From IMG/VR virus record IMGVR_UViG_3300021426_000067: DNA of 64,000 nucleotides, one strand, 5' to 3'. The notes under the pieces are model-generated. The model did not search any database, was not told the origin of the DNA, and saw only the letters and a list, made by a program, of their open reading frames with translations. The stretch comes from a virus. Lineage: Duplodnaviria > Caudoviricetes. Each line of letters opens with the position of its first letter. Position 1 is the stretch's first letter. This document shows positions 24,632-36,404 of this stretch, piece after piece. A program made the position numbers and the translations under genes.

Positions 24632-25903
24632 ATGGGAAAAATTTATTGTCCGAGATTTTCATCAGATTGGGGTTCTATGATGTTAATAGAGTCTCAAGGT
24701 GAATATTTATTAATAGATACTTACTATAAAGGAAATACGCATCCAAGAAGTGTGGTTAAATGGATTGTGGGAAATAAAAAAATATCATTATTAGATACGC
24801 ATGGGCATAAAGACCATAATGGAGATACGGATGCTTATTTAGATATAGTAAATCATTATTATTGTTCAATTTATGACCCCTATCAAGAGTCAAGTAAAGA
24901 CAAGGATCGCCGCGTAGCAATCCTTTCTAAATGTGCGAAGAAAGGCATCCCAGTTACTAAACTTAAAACAGGAAGTAGTTTTGTAATTGGCGGAGCTAAA
25001 ATAACTTGTTTATTTGCGGGAAATAAATATTCAAATAATGCTAAGAGTCTTTGTCTATTGATTGAGATGGATGGATGTAGAATATTAAATTGCGGGGACG
25101 CGACTGAGTGGACTCTTAATCAACTGGTCGCGCAAGGATATAATCTGGATAATATCGACATATGGATGTTTAATCATCATGGAGTTAAAGAAAACAATCC
25201 CGCATGGTGGATTAATAAAATCAAACCTACTATTGCTATTAGTAATTGTAATGGAGAAAATAAAAATACATATAAAGGTTGGGCAAAAGAAACCTACGCA
25301 AGATGTGAAAATGCGGGAGTCAACTGTTATAGTACGCAATATAACGGTGACTTAATTTTTACATGTATTGGTGGTTTAGTTTTTCCAGAGGTTGAACGTA
25401 ATGGTCAAGAATTAATTAAAGATGGCAGAACAGTAGTAATGAATAAGGCGGCTAAGAAATATTGGCGTGGAAACTTTACTCGTAAAAACAGACTTCCGCG
25501 CGATATAGCGGTTGAAGTTATGTTACAGCAATGGGGTCGCGACCCGCAAAGATCAAGAATGATAATTGAAGGTGGATATAACCCTAAAGAAGTTCAGGCT
25601 TATGTTAATGCTTTTTGTGAAGATGAAAAAGAATTACTTTGGGCTATGGCAGATTATATTTGGCGTGGTTTTGCTGGCTCTGGAGAACAACGTAAAAATA
25701 TTTTAAGTAGAACTGGATATTATAATTATTATGCTAAAGTTCAAGATTATGTTCAGCTTATTGATAAAGTTGCTAATGATGTAATTCAAAATTTATATGG
25801 ATATGGGAAAGAGAGAGAAGAAGCACTAAGAGCAGCGGGGTATCCGCCTAATATTATCCAAAACCGCGTTAATCAAATATTAGGAAGTTCAGCGAGGTCT
25901 TGA
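24632..25903 (+). CDS. Metallo-beta-lactamase-fold (ComEC/Pce-like) hydrolase with C-terminal CW_7-like repeats
   Basis: THGHKDH, GD and NHHG motifs; IAVEVM.QQWG..R..GY..VQ..VN repeats. Confidence 0.8.
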   Translation: MGKIYCPRFSSDWGSMMLIESQGEYLLIDTYYKGNTHPRSVVKWIVGNKKISLLDTHGHKDHNGDTDAYLDIVNHYYCSIYDPYQESSKDKDRRVAILSKCAKKGIPVTKLKTGSSFVIGGAKITCLFAGNKYSNNAKSLCLLIEMDGCRILNCGDATEWTLNQLVAQGYNLDNIDIWMFNHHGVKENNPAWWINKIKPTIAISNCNGENKNTYKGWAKETYARCENAGVNCYSTQYNGDLIFTCIGGLVFPEVERNGQELIKDGRTVVMNKAAKKYWRGNFTRKNRLPRDIAVEVMLQQWGRDPQRSRMIIEGGYNPKEVQAYVNAFCEDEKELLWAMADYIWRGFAGSGEQRKNILSRTGYYNYYAKVQDYVQLIDKVANDVIQNLYGYGKEREEALRAAGYPPNIIQNRVNQILGSSARS

Positions 25904-26157
25904 TATGAAAAAAGAAGAAAAATATTTTATTCCGAGAGGAACCACAGCAAATTATAAATGAGATAATTATTAAGAATTAATAAATATCATAAAGCAAAAA
26001 TATTTAAAAAATTTTTGTCAAAAGTGATTAATTCATTTGCCGCATTTTTTATATATAAATGGAAGGTAAAAGATAATATCTTTTATTTTCTAATATGTGC
26101 ATATTTGTAACTATTAACAAAAATTTTTTCTGGTATACCATAGGAGGTCATAGAGTA

Positions 26158-26622
26158 ATGCCAAATTACACTTATACTTATCCTAACACGAATTTGCAGT
26201 CGATTACAGGGGCGCAGATTCAAAACCCATATGGGAATAATAACATGTTGATGAATTTGCCGTATAATAATGGTAGTAATTATATGGTGCAAGGTAGCAA
26301 TAGTCCAAATCAATTTTTAAAATGTAGACCAGTTTCGTCAAAAGATGAAGCAAGAGCTTATCAAATTGATTTAGATGGTTCCCTTTGGGTTTTTACTGAT
26401 GTAGGAAATGGTAAAATTTATACTAAACAAGTGAATAATGATGGAACTGCAACTTTTAAAACTTATGCTTTCACTTAGGATGAAAATCCTTATGCTTCTA
26501 CTTATGTTACAAAAGAAGAGTTTAATAAGGTAATTCAAACTTTAATGGCTACTATTTAGTCTAATGGCTCTCAAGAGTCAATGGGTATGAATAAGTCAAG
26601 TGAACCAATAATGAATTTTTAA
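26158..26622 (+). CDS. Hypothetical N/Q-rich protein (TAG readthrough)
   Basis: AGGAGG RBS; RPVSSKDEARAYQIDLDGS..FTD..NGKIYTKQ..DG, then YVTKEEF after a TAG. Confidence 0.7.
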
Positions 26623-26630
26623 GGGGGTAA

Positions 26631-26867
26631 ATGATGAATATTAATCCTTTTCAATTAATTCAAATGATTAAAAGTGGGCAGAATCCACAACAGCTTGTAA
26701 TGAGTATATTACAACAGCAGAGTCAAAAAAATCCTATTTTAAATAATGCTATGAATTTAGCGCAAGGCGGGGATGCGCAGGGGTTGGTAATGTTAGCGCG
26801 TAATCTTGCTGCCCAAAGGGGTTTGGACTTTGATACAGAGTTTGCAAACTTTAAGAAACAATTTTAA
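26631..26867 (+). CDS. Hypothetical Q/N-rich protein
   Basis: RBS; NPFQLIQMIKSGQNPQQLV. Confidence 0.7.
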   Translation: MMNINPFQLIQMIKSGQNPQQLVMSILQQQSQKNPILNNAMNLAQGGDAQGLVMLARNLAAQRGLDFDTEFANFKKQF

Positions 26868-26916
26868 AAAGGAATGGTAGTTTCCTTGGAAAGCACAAAA
26901 AGAAGGGGTATAAAAT

Positions 26917-27693
26917 ATGTTTAATAATAATAATGGTTATTCGTTAGCAGATATAGCTGCCGCAACTGGAAACAACAATAATAATGGTTTTGGTTTTAAT
27001 GGTGATGGCGGTTGGATTCTTCTTTTGTTTATCTTATTACTTGCCGGCGGAGGCTGGGGTAATGGATATGGCGGATTTGGAGGAGGTAACACTGGATATG
27101 TTACATCCGATATTCAAAGAGGATTTGACCAAAGTGCAGTTATCAACGGGCTAACGGGTATATCTAATGCAGTTAACTCTGGTTTCTCAAACGCAGAAAT
27201 TTCTCGTTGTAATTCACAGGCAAATATTCTTCAAACTCTTAATAATAATCAAGGTAACCTTTCTAATCAGCTTAATACTATAGCGATGAATCAGCAACAG
27301 TGTTGTTGTGAAAATCGCGCTGGATTAGCTGATTTAAAATATACAGTAGCAACAGAAGCATGCGCTGATCGTTCTGCGGTTAGTGATGCACTTAAAGATG
27401 TAATTGCTTCTAATACTGCGAATACTCAAGCTATTCTTGATAAATTATGCGAGCAAGAAATTGAGGCTCTTAAATCTCAAAATCAACAGCTTCAGATGCA
27501 AAGTTATCTTGCAAGTCTTGCCGCTTCTCAAAATGCTCAGACTGGTCAGATTTTAAATGACAATGCGGCTCAAACAACTGCATTACTTAGAGCATTAAAC
27601 CCAACTCCTATTCCTGCTTATGTTGTTCCTAATCCAGTAGGATGTAATTGCGGAAATGGGTGTGGATGCGCGAACGCCGCCTTCTATAATTAA
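26917..27693 (+). CDS. Hypothetical Gly/Asn/Cys-rich protein with one TM segment
   Basis: YSLADIAAATG, GWILLLFILLL, QQQCCCE, PTPIPAY..PNP..C motifs. Confidence 0.75.
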   Translation: MFNNNNGYSLADIAAATGNNNNNGFGFNGDGGWILLLFILLLAGGGWGNGYGGFGGGNTGYVTSDIQRGFDQSAVINGLTGISNAVNSGFSNAEISRCNSQANILQTLNNNQGNLSNQLNTIAMNQQQCCCENRAGLADLKYTVATEACADRSAVSDALKDVIASNTANTQAILDKLCEQEIEALKSQNQQLQMQSYLASLAASQNAQTGQILNDNAAQTTALLRALNPTPIPAYVVPNPVGCNCGNGCGCANAAFYN

Positions 27694-27709
27694 TTAAGGA
27701 GGATTGCTT

Positions 27710-28165
27710 ATGTCAAGTTATGTAACAACAGCTGATGCAACAGTAGCATTAAATGGCATAATTCCATTTAACAGTGTTTCTATTCCCTGTAATAAAGGTA
27801 ACGTCGTTCCTGTTGTTCCGGGGATTCTTAACTTAAATGGCAATACAACTAATCGCTTTGCAAGATATGCAGTGACTCTTCAAGGAAATATTCAAATTCC
27901 TACAGGAGGAACTGTCACTCCCATCGCTTTAGGGATTGCTCTTAATGGAGTTGTAATTCCTTAGAGTGTTGCTATTGTGACGCCTGCGGCGGTAGGAGAA
28001 TATTGGCATGTTAACACAACTGCCTCTGTAACTGTTCCTTGTGGATGTTGTTTAACTGTATCTGGAGTCTATGCAGATGGTACTGAAGATGATGCAGCAA
28101 CAACTCCTACTCCGTCTATTCAAGTTAGACGCGGAGCTTCATTAGAGGTAAGAAGGACAGCATAA
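27710..28165 (+). CDS. Hypothetical beta-rich protein (1 TAG)
   Basis: ORFs 27704-27964 and 27977-28165 join in frame across one TAG; AAGGAGG RBS. Confidence 0.7.
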
Positions 28166-28175
28166 GGAGGTTAAA

Positions 28176-28709
28176 ATGAGTATAGATAATTTAAAAACTA
28201 TGAAAGAACAGCTTATGAGTTGTGTGCAAGGTCAATTAGGAGATTTATCTAAGGTTGATGCTCATGAACTCGGTGAAGCGGTTGACATGATAAAAGATTT
28301 ATCAGAAGCAATTTACTATTGTACAATTACTGAATCGATGGAGAAAAGTGAATAGGATAAAAAAGGAGATACTAATATTAATTATTACACTACTCCTATG
28401 GAGAGAAATAATGGATATATGTATTATCCTACTGGCGGTAACGGAGGACATTCCAATGGCGTAAATTATTATACTGAGACGGCTGGTTTAATGGGCCGTG
28501 ACCCGCGTGAAGGCAGAAGTCCTATGCGCCGCCGCATGTATATGGAAGGCAAATAGATGCACAAAGATACTAATTCGCAACTTCGTGAATTAGAAGCCTA
28601 TTTACAAGAGCTATCCACTGATATAACAGAAATGATTAAGGATGCGTCTCCCGAAGAAAGAAATACTTTACGTCAGAAAATGACGACTTTAGCAAGTAAG
28701 ATTAATTAA
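28176..28709 (+). CDS. Hypothetical protein (2 TAG)
   Basis: AAGGAGG RBS; VDAHELGEAVDMIKDL...RDPREGRSPMRRRMYMEGK*MHKD. Confidence 0.75.
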
Positions 28710-29023
28710 TGTTTTTAATTAATAATATTTATTGGAAACTTGCATTTGTATCCCCAGATTTTCCTCTTTTACAGAGGGAATCTGGGGAATATTCCATAGG
28801 TGCATGTGATAATTTGACAAGAACCATTTATATAAATGAGACGCTAAGAGATAAACTTTTAAAAAAGGTTCTTTGTCACGAAATTACACATGCCGCGATG
28901 TTTTCCTATAATGTAAGTTTAACTCCTGAGCAAGAGGAGTTAATAGCCGATTTAATATCTACCTATGGAGAATAGATTATATATATAACAAATAAAATTT
29001 TTACTAAATTAGAAAATTTATAA
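28709..29023 (+). CDS. Small HEXXH zincin-like metallopeptidase (1 TAG)
   Basis: LCHEITHA..E motif; extends past TAG to TAA at 29023. Confidence 0.7.
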
Positions 29024-29069
29024 GAGTAATCTTATTTTATAAATAAATAGAGAAAATGGAGGAATATTT

Positions 29070-32000
29070 ATGAATAAAGCCTCTGCTTTTAGAATAAAAC
29101 AGGCGGATGGAACTTATGGCGATCCTATCGTTTTTGGATTAGACAAAAGTGAAGTTTGGCCAAGTACAAAAGAGATACCAGAAAACGCTGATTTAGACGA
29201 TTACGTTTTACCTGGAACTTATAATTGTTTAACCAATGTAATATCAGCAACTATTTCTAATGTCCCGTTGCCTAAAGCCTTTTCGCTTATTGTTTATAGA
29301 ACCGGACGCCTTAATAGTTGTGTGCAATTTCTGTCGGTGTTTTCTAATGGTTTATCAAGTCAGGGTGCGCAAGACGATGCCAATCGCATATTCACAAGAA
29401 CATATTATCATGAAGACGGTTGGTCGCCGTGGACAGAAATAGTAACAAGTTTGGACAGACCTGTTGATTATACATCGGCTGGATGGACGCTTGATACATA
29501 CGCTGACCACTGTTGGCATAAGATGGCTACTTTTAGAAATACCAATAGTACAACAGATCGTCGAGCCGTGTTTCTTGTGACAGATTCTTACTGGTACGGA
29601 ACTTCTGCACCTAATGGAAGACCAGATTTAAAAATTGGTTTGTTACATGTTCATATTCGTAAAACAATTGGAACTTGTGCGTCGACCAGAAGGCTGTCTT
29701 TTAATTTAAATGCTGGTTACGATCCAAATGATTTTGTTCTGGTATACAATCCAGTTGATGATTCAGACGAATTGTGGACAAGAATTCCAATACGTTATAC
29801 ATTTCGAACTTTCAATCTTATAGAAACTGGTCTGCATTATGGCGGGAATCGATATTACCAAACAACGGTTAATCCTATTGAAATGTATAGGCGAGTGCGG
29901 GATTCTGAGGGTTATGATTCCTACCCTACTGGCGAAGGTTATGTAGCAATTACAGCCGAAAATGCAGTCATAGAACAACCGTCAAGAGGTATTGTCGATC
30001 TTGGAGTTTACTATAATAAAACTACTACAAAACGGCTGACTTCAGCCAATAATTTGCCGTGCGGCGATGCTAATTTAAAGTATTTTAATTCTACGTCATC
30101 CATGACCGTTGCAGAAGGTAAACCGATTCATACTAAATCCTTAAGCGCAATGGACGCGCATGTGCTGCATTTGCCATGGGATAATGCCGGCGGGTACGAT
30201 GCGCAGATTGCTGTACCGAATAACTTAACAACGTCGGAAGACCCGGACGTTATAAAAACAGTTCAATGGCGCGCTGGAACAGGTCAAAAAACCACACTGG
30301 ATGACGGAACCGTAATTCAAACTGATTGGTCTGATTGGCAGCACGTTGTCGATAGCCAGTTTACATTTGATGGTATTCATCCGAATCATAGGCATGTAAG
30401 TCATTATGCAGTATGTTCTACACCTGCTGCTACTGCGGTAAAAACTGTTGATATTCTTGGCTTTTAGTTGGTTGCTGGCGCGTATGTAATTATTACGTTC
30501 ACAAATAAAAATACTGCTGCAGTTGCAAATTTAAAACTCAATGTGTCAAATACTGGAGATATTCCAATAAAATATCATAATGAAAATTTAGTGGCGACTG
30601 GAGATTTAATTGCTAATCGTCCATTTATGTTTGTATATGACGGAACAAATTGGCAACTTGGTATTGATATTGATAAAAATACTAATACTAATTATTATGA
30701 TAGAATGAAAACTGCGGGAGCTGTTTATCCTAAAGAAAATATTACTACTACTACTATTATAGTTAATGATGGTACTGGTTATTTTAAATTAAGAGCAGAA
30801 CCTTTTAATATAACTTATCCAATATTAGCTACTGGAGCAGCTTTTACAGCAGGTACTGCAAATGCAAATGCTTATACTGTTTATCATTTTGCTATAAAAA
30901 ATACTCAAAATTTTACAATGACTCAGCATGCTCCAGTATTTATTAAAGGAACCTTAAATGGAGTAATGTTTACTCCAGTAAGTAATACTCCATTAGTACA
31001 AACATTACCAAATACAGAAGACGGTTATCAATATATATATCTTGGATATGCCTATTCAACAGCTAATATACAACTTGTTTAGACGCATCCTATTGTAGAA
31101 TATGTAAATGGTGCAATTAGACCGTATCAAGAAAAAAGATATGGAGATAGAATTTTAGCGCGATTACCGGATACAAGTGCTACACCAAATGATGCTGATT
31201 ATTTAGAAAATCTTTTTGCAAAAGGTCGAATTTTATTACAACCAAATGCTCATTATCATCTTAGACGCACAGTTATATTGCCAGAAAATATAGATATTGA
31301 TATGAATGGCGCGACTATTGAATATAATGGGCCTGGATGGGATGGACCTGATGAAGATCATTTATCTGATACCTCAAATTATAATTATACAACTGGTTGT
31401 GCTTTTCTTAACGTAAGAGATGGAGGACATCCTGCCAGCGCATCCGATCCAGATAGAAATATAACAGCTTATAATGGTCGCGGTAATATGCGTTTTTATA
31501 ATGGAACCTTTATGAACTGTGCTTTTGGTTTACTTCATGGGCATGATATTTCGTTTGAAGATATAACTTTTACTGAAGTTCATACAAACCATGTATTTCA
31601 GATATGTGCATGTAAAAATGTAAGTTTTGAACGTTGTACATTTTTCGGTATGGATAAAACAATTGATTATCAATATACGCCTGATGCTTCTAATCCTATT
31701 CAAAGTAATAATGAAGTTATTAATTTAGATTGTGCTACTGCAAGTGGGCAATTTATAGGAATATGGTTTCTTGAACCTATTGGTTCAACAAATGCAGCGA
31801 CTTGGGATGACTATGCTTGTAGAGAAATAACTGTTAATAACTGTACTTTTCGTCCTAATAATGACAGTATTATGTTTGATGCAATAGGCTATCATGCTAA
31901 TTTTATGAAGCCTTTAACTGATGAAGTATCTGGCGCCGCAGATTATAAATATAATTTACATAAAAATATACGAGTAACTAATAATTATTTTTATGGAACA

Positions 32001-32696
32001 AAAAAGAGTACGGGCTATAATAAATATAGTATAGCATTTTTAATTCGTCATATGATGAATAGCACTTTTGCAAATAATGTATGTGAAAATGTTAGGTCTT
32101 TATGTTTAATTGATCATGTTCGAAATATTACTATTACTGGAAATGTAGCAACAAATAATGGAGAAAATTATGCGATATGTCAAATAGTTTCGACTTCACA
32201 TAATTCAACTCTTCAAGGAGTAGCGAATTTTAAAACATTATCTAAATATTTAAATATTTCTGGTAATCTTGGATTAGACGCTTTAGCTACGCGGATTGAT
32301 ACAGAAGATAATATAACAACAATAGCTAATAGAAAAATTTATAAATATGCGGAATGGACACCAAATACTTCAGCTTATCCAAGATTTAATATAGATGGTC
32401 AAACAGTTACTTTATATGGACGTGTTAAAGCTACCGCGTCAAAAACAATAAGTTCAGAAGAAAGCGTTATGTGTCTTCCTGTTGGTCTTAGACCTACAAC
32501 AACAGTAGCTTGGATTCAACGTATTGATACATATGGAGGCAGTCCCGCTAATGCGGCTGTTCTTATTAAAATACTTAAGTCAGGTGAAATGTCTATAAAC
32601 CCCATTGGAGGGTCAATAAATGTTATTGCGGGAAGTGACCTTTGGCTTGATGGAACTTATTTAAATGATGGCGCAAGCTATACTTATGGTGGTTAA
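29070..32696 (+). CDS. Tail fibre/spike with right-handed beta-helix (possible depolymerase), 1208 aa with 2 TAG
   Basis: ORFs 29070, 30468 and 31278 join in frame; ADLDDY..PGTY and WSPW/WSDW fibre motifs; pectate-lyase-like repeats in the C-terminal half. Confidence 0.78.
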
Positions 32697-32745
32697 TTTA
32701 TATAAATAATATTGGTTTTATATTTAAGATAAGGAGCCAGATATA

Positions 32746-33324
32746 ATGGGTAAAAAAAGAGTATTTGCAATTAAAATAAAATACTCCGATGGGACTTTTT
32801 CAGATGAAATTCCTATTGGATTATTAGAAGAAGATTTAGCGCATGTCGCTATATCTGGTGAATATGAAGATTTATAGAACGCCCCAAAAATAAAACCAGG
32901 AGAAGGGGAAGATAGTATTGTATCTAATGAAGGTTATGCAGCGGAAGGTGATTTTGCACATGCGGAAGGTTATGGTACAATAGCAACAGATGACTATCAA
33001 CACGTAATGGGGCGTTATAATAAAATAAATGACGAAACTGATGACCCATTAGTTTTTATTATTGGTAATGGAACAAGTGGGTCAAACACGTTTCGTTCTA
33101 ATGCGGCTACGGTGGACTGGGACGGGAATGGTTGGTTCTCAGGACGAGTTTCCGCAGGCACATAGTAGTTTCCTGCGCCGATTGAAAAAAATAATGATTT
33201 AACAACTAAGCAATATGTTGATGATAAAATCAGTGATATTGAGATTGAAGGCGGCGGAGGAATAAATGTAGAGTTATCTGGGGAGAACTTAATTTTTCTT
33301 AATCCTCAGCATAGCGAAGATTAA
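32746..33324 (+). CDS. YadA/Hep-Hag-like fibre protein (3 TAG, including a tandem TAGTAG)
   Basis: AAGGAG RBS; AHAEG, QHVMGRYN, IIGNG..RSNA, DLTTKQYVD. Confidence 0.75.
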
Positions 33325-33343
33325 ATAAAAAGGAGAAAATAAT

Positions 33344-34885
33344 ATGAGTTCTTTTTATGGAAATGGAGGCTACTCCTCAGGTGGCGGAGGAGGTAGCGGT
33401 GAGGTAACCTCAGTCAACGGTAAGAAGGGGCAAGTAACCCTGGACGCCGCCGATGTGCATGCTTTACCAGAAGATACCTTGATTCCTTCTCTTGAGGGGC
33501 TTGCTACAGAAGAATGGGTACAGGAACAGGGATATGCTACAGAAGGGGAAATCCCAACACATATGGTGAATGGTTCTGCAGCTGGTTCGGTGCGTGGTAT
33601 CAATACAGCGTCTGAGGATTCGTCCTACACGATGGGTACTTATGCGTTTGCGGAAGGTTATACTACCAAAGCAAGCGGTCTGCGATCACATGCGGAAGGC
33701 TTCGAAACTACAGCAAGTGGACAGGATTCCCATGCTGAAGGAAGTTCAACAACAGCAAGTGGTAGTAGTTCGCATGCAGAGGGGTCTGGTAATCAAGCAA
33801 CAAATTACTCTTCACATGCTGAAGGTGGTTGGACAACAGCAAGCGGAACAGGATCACACGCTGAAGGTATGTCAACAACAGCCAGTGGGATAGCATCACA
33901 TGCCGAAAATATGTCAACAACAGCAGTAGGTGACTATTCACATGCAGAAGGTAATTCAACGACAGCAAGCGGTCCACAGGCTCATGCGGAAGGTATATCA
34001 ACGACAGCAAGTGGGATGGCATCACATGCTGAAGGTGGTGGTACAACAGCACAAGGATATATGCAGCATGTTATGGGTGAATATAATGTTCCGCAGGGGA
34101 CACAAGACTCCCACACAAGCAGTGATTATATATTTATCGTTGGAAATGGCACTGCACAAAATCCGTCTAACGCATTTGCTATGAAGTGGGATGGTACTTT
34201 TGTTTTTGCCAATAGCACAGAAATTACTCCTGCTCAATTTGCTTCTTTATATAATATAAATAATAAAATTCCTTTAACAGGGAATGAAACAGAAGGTCAA
34301 GTATTAACAATAGATGAAAATGGACAACCTAAATGGGATAATACTTCTTTTGTAAAAGTTACAGATGATGGTCAAGGTAATGTATCTATGGAAACTTTAT
34401 ATGGGGTTTTAATAGATGCAGTACCTACACAAAATAGTAATAATTTGGTTACAAGTGGCGGGGTGTATGCAATGCAATCACCAACAATTGATTTTAGTGT
34501 AAGTTCTTTTACAAATAATACATCTGTAACTTGTAATATGACTTGGGAACAAATTTATAATACAACTGGGTCTCAAAAAGAAAAAAATATTATTTTACAT
34601 GATACTTATGCTTCTTAGAGTTTTTACTGTTATAAAGCTGTTAAAACATCTGGGTTAGGAGGAGTTACTATATCTTTCTATTTTTTAAATGAAGATTTAA
34701 ATACTCAATATGTTGTAAAAACACATAGCAGCGGAAGTATGACATTATTAGTAAATAATCTTTTATCAAATTATGCACTGAAGAGTGAAATTCCTACTGT
34801 CACTAATGATTTTACAAATGATTATAAAAACAAAGTTGATTCGTTATGGGAAGACTATCAGGATGCCATAACAGCTTTAGGTTAA
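33344..34885 (+). CDS. Fibre/adhesin with 14-aa SHAEGxxTTASG repeats (1 TAG)
   Basis: About 10 tandem SHAEG repeats; VTSVNGKKG motif; extends past TAG at 34616-34618 to TAA 34885. Confidence 0.8.
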
Positions 34886-34898
34886 GGGGGGTGACGTA

Positions 34899-35726
34899 AT
34901 GGAAAAAGTATTGACTCCCAAAATTGAAGCATTGACCGCATATGCGAACGGAATAACTGGGAAAAATGATACAACCTTATCTGATGCGGTAGCAAGTTTA
35001 GCTGATGGATATGGACAAGGTGGACAATCCTATGAAGGGATAGAGGTTGTCACCGATTCGAGTGGAAAGATAACAGACTATATCTTCCACATGGAGACAG
35101 TGCCAGATTTTGTGCTTAACTATCTTGGGTACAACAGGAATGATAGGACGGATGGTATACCGAACATTAAATTTGCTGTAAAACCAAAGCATATTGGCAC
35201 GTATGCGTTCAACAAAGCGAAGGTAAAGATGGACTGGTCTAGTCTGTCTGAGATAGAGACAATCGACGGAGAATTCGCACTTTCGTTGTCTTATAGCCAG
35301 TATAATGATGCATCTGCTGATGTCGTAAATCTTCCTAAATTTGTCGGATATACGACAACGAACGTATCTATTTCACTATTCAGAACTGAAAGTGTACACG
35401 CACCAAAAGTATTCAATCTGCCAGTGTGTGCAGTCATACCGCAGTTCGCATGGTATCAATTTGCTGTGACTGATCTTGATGTGACCATCGGCAGTATTGG
35501 TCATGCTGTTACAGGCTCAAGAGTACAGCCATTCGGTTCGACTTCCAAGGCAAGCGGAACTGTAACAATCTATACCAAAGGTGATGTTCTTGATACATTG
35601 AGAACTGCAGTACAGCAGTATGCAGGAGCAAATATCTCTTTTATCTACAAGGCGGCTGAAGCCACAACTTATAATGATGTCAATTATCAAGCAGGAGACA
35701 CAATTCTTACAAGTACATCAACATAA
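34899..35726 (+). CDS. Hypothetical fibre-associated protein
   Basis: Intact ORF with RBS; TGKNDTTLSDAV..L..GYG N-terminus. Confidence 0.65.
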   Translation: MEKVLTPKIEALTAYANGITGKNDTTLSDAVASLADGYGQGGQSYEGIEVVTDSSGKITDYIFHMETVPDFVLNYLGYNRNDRTDGIPNIKFAVKPKHIGTYAFNKAKVKMDWSSLSEIETIDGEFALSLSYSQYNDASADVVNLPKFVGYTTTNVSISLFRTESVHAPKVFNLPVCAVIPQFAWYQFAVTDLDVTIGSIGHAVTGSRVQPFGSTSKASGTVTIYTKGDVLDTLRTAVQQYAGANISFIYKAAEATTYNDVNYQAGDTILTSTST

Positions 35727-35741
35727 AGGAGGTAAAAAATT

Positions 35742-35972
35742 ATGTTATATCTTATTGTTTTAATCGTCACAAACACAGATAGCACCTACTCTTATTATAC
35801 TTATGATTTTCGTAGTTTTGCGACTGCTCTTGTTGCTTATGATCGCAAACAGGCAGAAATTACAGCAGACACAAGTAGAACATTTTATACTATCAAGCTG
35901 ATGGATGCGACAGGCAACATTCTCAAATCCGAAGAGCGTGATCTTACAAACATGAGAGCGCAGGAAGAATAA
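35742..35972 (+). CDS. Hypothetical protein
   Basis: AAGGAGG RBS, intact ORF. Confidence 0.6.
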   Translation: MLYLIVLIVTNTDSTYSYYTYDFRSFATALVAYDRKQAEITADTSRTFYTIKLMDATGNILKSEERDLTNMRAQEE

Positions 35973-35999
35973 TGGATTATAAAGAAAGGAGTGTCTTAA

Positions 36000-36326
36000 A
36001 TGCCAAATGTAGAAAATAATATTATGAGTACATTTACTATTGGCGGTAAAACGTATCAAGTAGGCAGTGGCGGCAGTTTTATAGTGAGTGCGACTGTAGA
36101 TGAGGAAGATCATGTTGTTTTAAACAACACATGGCAGGAGATTTATGATGCTGCCGCAGCAGGGAAGACTGTTGTCCTGGATACGAGACCATATTTTCAG
36201 AATATTACATATCTGATGACTGTTTTGTTTGAAGATCCAAATTACGTTGTTACGTTCTATAATCTATCTGCATACGCGACTGGTCCGAATGACTATCCTA
36301 CCGTGAGAGGCGGATCATCAAGATAA
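36000..36326 (+). CDS. Hypothetical protein
   Basis: AAGGAG RBS; TWQEIYDA motif echoed in 33344-34885 (TWEQIYN). Confidence 0.6.
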   Translation: MPNVENNIMSTFTIGGKTYQVGSGGSFIVSATVDEEDHVVLNNTWQEIYDAAAAGKTVVLDTRPYFQNITYLMTVLFEDPNYVVTFYNLSAYATGPNDYPTVRGGSSR

Positions 36327-36404
36327 GAATTATTATTATATCAGAATTGGTTAAAAATATATTTTAATAATTAAAAATAATATAAAAAAGAGGTTAAATA
36401 AATT

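Noticed and set aside
33640-34060. 42-nt periodic repeats as a CRISPR array
   Set aside because: They are degenerate coding repeats (SHAEGxxTTASG) without unique spacers or cas genes
29070-36326. Diversity-generating retroelement acting on fibre genes
   Set aside because: No reverse transcriptase and no TR/VR pair seen in the window
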